Of a DNA stretch of 64,000 nt, positions 62,401 through 64,000 are shown piece by piece. The stretch lies in contig CM068749.1 of assembly GCA_035084275.1 (NCBI GenBank), forward strand, positions 23,312,001-23,376,000, given 5' to 3'. Position numbers and translations under genes: made by a program. This DNA is from Hydrolagus colliei. Its lineage: Eukaryota. The notes below the pieces were generated by a model. It worked only from the letters and a program-made list of their open reading frames with translations, did not search any database and had not been told where the DNA came from. Positions within the stretch are counted from its first letter, which is position 1. Each line of letters starts with the position of its first letter.

Positions 62401-64000
62401 ATTGTTTGTCCAGAGCCAGTTTTCTGCATGGTGTGAAAACGATTGGAAACATTTCGACGTACGGTATAAAATTGCAGCAAAAACACAAGGATCATTGACG
62501 TTCCCGGTGGCCTCTGTAGAAAAGATGAAGTTACCTTCAGGTTACCACAGAGTTCACTATAAACTAAATAGCAACTACACCGGACAACAGAATATTGTTG
62601 TGTAGCCACATGTGCCCTGTTTACTGTCTATCAATGCAACCAAATCACCAATATGTACTCTGACCAATATATTGCGTATGTATATTTGTGTGCGTGCCCG
62701 CTCTCCCACACAATACAGTCAATTAACTTTACAATATATTCTGTGAAGCGTTTTCAGTCGTTTCAAAAACATGGTAAGGCTATATCAAATATGTCTGTGT
62801 ATATATATATATATATACTATATATATAAATATTAGTTGATTGAATAAATGCACCCACTAAACAACCTGCAGCTTTTCGTGAATCAAAGCCTAACGCTTT
62901 GAACAGATGCGTGCAATGTTGGATTGACGGACAACTTTATGATTGCCAACAGCAATTCAATTTTTTCCTGTGAGCGTATGTCAGCACTGTATATGGGTGC
63001 GACATTGTTTGTACTGCTTGCCAACGACACACAGCATCCACCCACTTATTATAGCATTGTCAGATTCAGGCAAAGTTTGGACACATTAATCGACGTGGTG
63101 TAACAGTATATGTTCCATCACTGTTTTTACAATAGATGTCTGTTCTTCGGCCGATCTGTCGCTGATGTACCAGAAAATATTTTGCTAAACTATCCACTGC
63201 CAGTTTTTCCCTTTTATATTTTTGATTTATTTCAAAGAATTTATTATTCAAAGGAGAAAAAAAAAAGGCCCCTCGAAAAGATTTTTGATCGGATTGATAT
63301 TAGTAACGCGGATTAGTTAGTCAGTGGAAATCTAATTATGTACTTGAGCTTTCGTGAAATGGAAAGGCATTTATTGCTGTTCCCTTGATTATAAACATGT
63401 TTTTTTTGCCGAGTTATTTTTTTGTCGCTGTGGCCTGTGGCCTTGCCCTCTCGCTCTGTATGAAAGGTTGAGAAAATGAGGGGAGTTTCTGGTAAAGTGA
63501 ACACAAGTCAATCAGATTTGGGTTAATCACCAACCATCCACTTTAGACGAACCCCATGGTCTTGTGTGCGTTTTTTTTGTTCGTCAACAACGTATTTGTA
63601 TAGCGCATTGATACAGCGCTTCTCTCGCGCAGGGTAGCGTCCCAGAGCTCGGAAGGCTGAAGCAATGTGACATCAACTCGTTCGAGAGACTTGGGCTCAA
63701 ATCCGCGTTGGAAACTGACATTCACAGAAAACCCAACAGGACGACCGAATCACGGGAACTCATTTAATTTTAGTGACGAGTAATAATACATAAACGGCAC
63801 GAATGACAAGCATTTCATGCATTCCTGACTGCAAACTATCAGGAGATGGTGCAGTGGGGTTTGGGATTTTTTTGTGTGCTGATATTTAACACCTTTGTTG
63901 TTATTATTATTTATTATTACCTCTTAACTAACTACTAAGCGAGCGAGCAGTAAACTTATGGAGCAGGCTCCCTCGGGAGACAGATGGTGGAAGCAGAAAA

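Noticed and set aside
63543-63725. Minus-strand ORF with a possible acceptor
   Set aside because: Its 3' half is an L2-type tail (gagctctgggacg...gcgctatacaaatacgttgttg).

Overview
This is eukaryotic (vertebrate) genomic DNA, not a microbial accessory region. The repeat content suggests a cartilaginous fish, most likely a chimaera such as Callorhinchus milii (inference). The only gene I can identify with confidence is RNF220 on the + strand. Its last three coding exons (11826-11934, 19992-20066, 29387-29458) have canonical GT-AG boundaries and splice in frame to ...ISEDATVTTIEALKARIRELERQLSRGDRYKCLICM|DSYSMPLTSIQCWHVHCEECWLRTL|GAKKLCPQCNTITSPGDLRRVYL*, the C-terminal C3HC4 RING finger. A probable 3' UTR of about 1.9 kb follows. 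The rest of the window holds roughly 40 full or partial copies of one tRNA-derived SINE family, 3' fragments of L2 and CR1 LINEs, one palindromic Penelope-type repeat with a degenerate hammerhead core, microsatellites and three assembly gaps. Almost all ORFs in the supplied track are artefacts of these repeats. I cannot support a new biological system here. The best leads are: (1) phase-compatible candidate exons of an unrecognised minus-strand gene downstream of RNF220; (2) a covarying 3' stem-loop shared by the SINE and two L2 tail types; (3) the hammerhead-like palindrome; (4) inverted SINEs flanking a RING-encoding exon; and (5) several repeat-free, homeodomain-motif-rich blocks that look like conserved enhancers. 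Repeat boundaries were read by eye and are approximate.
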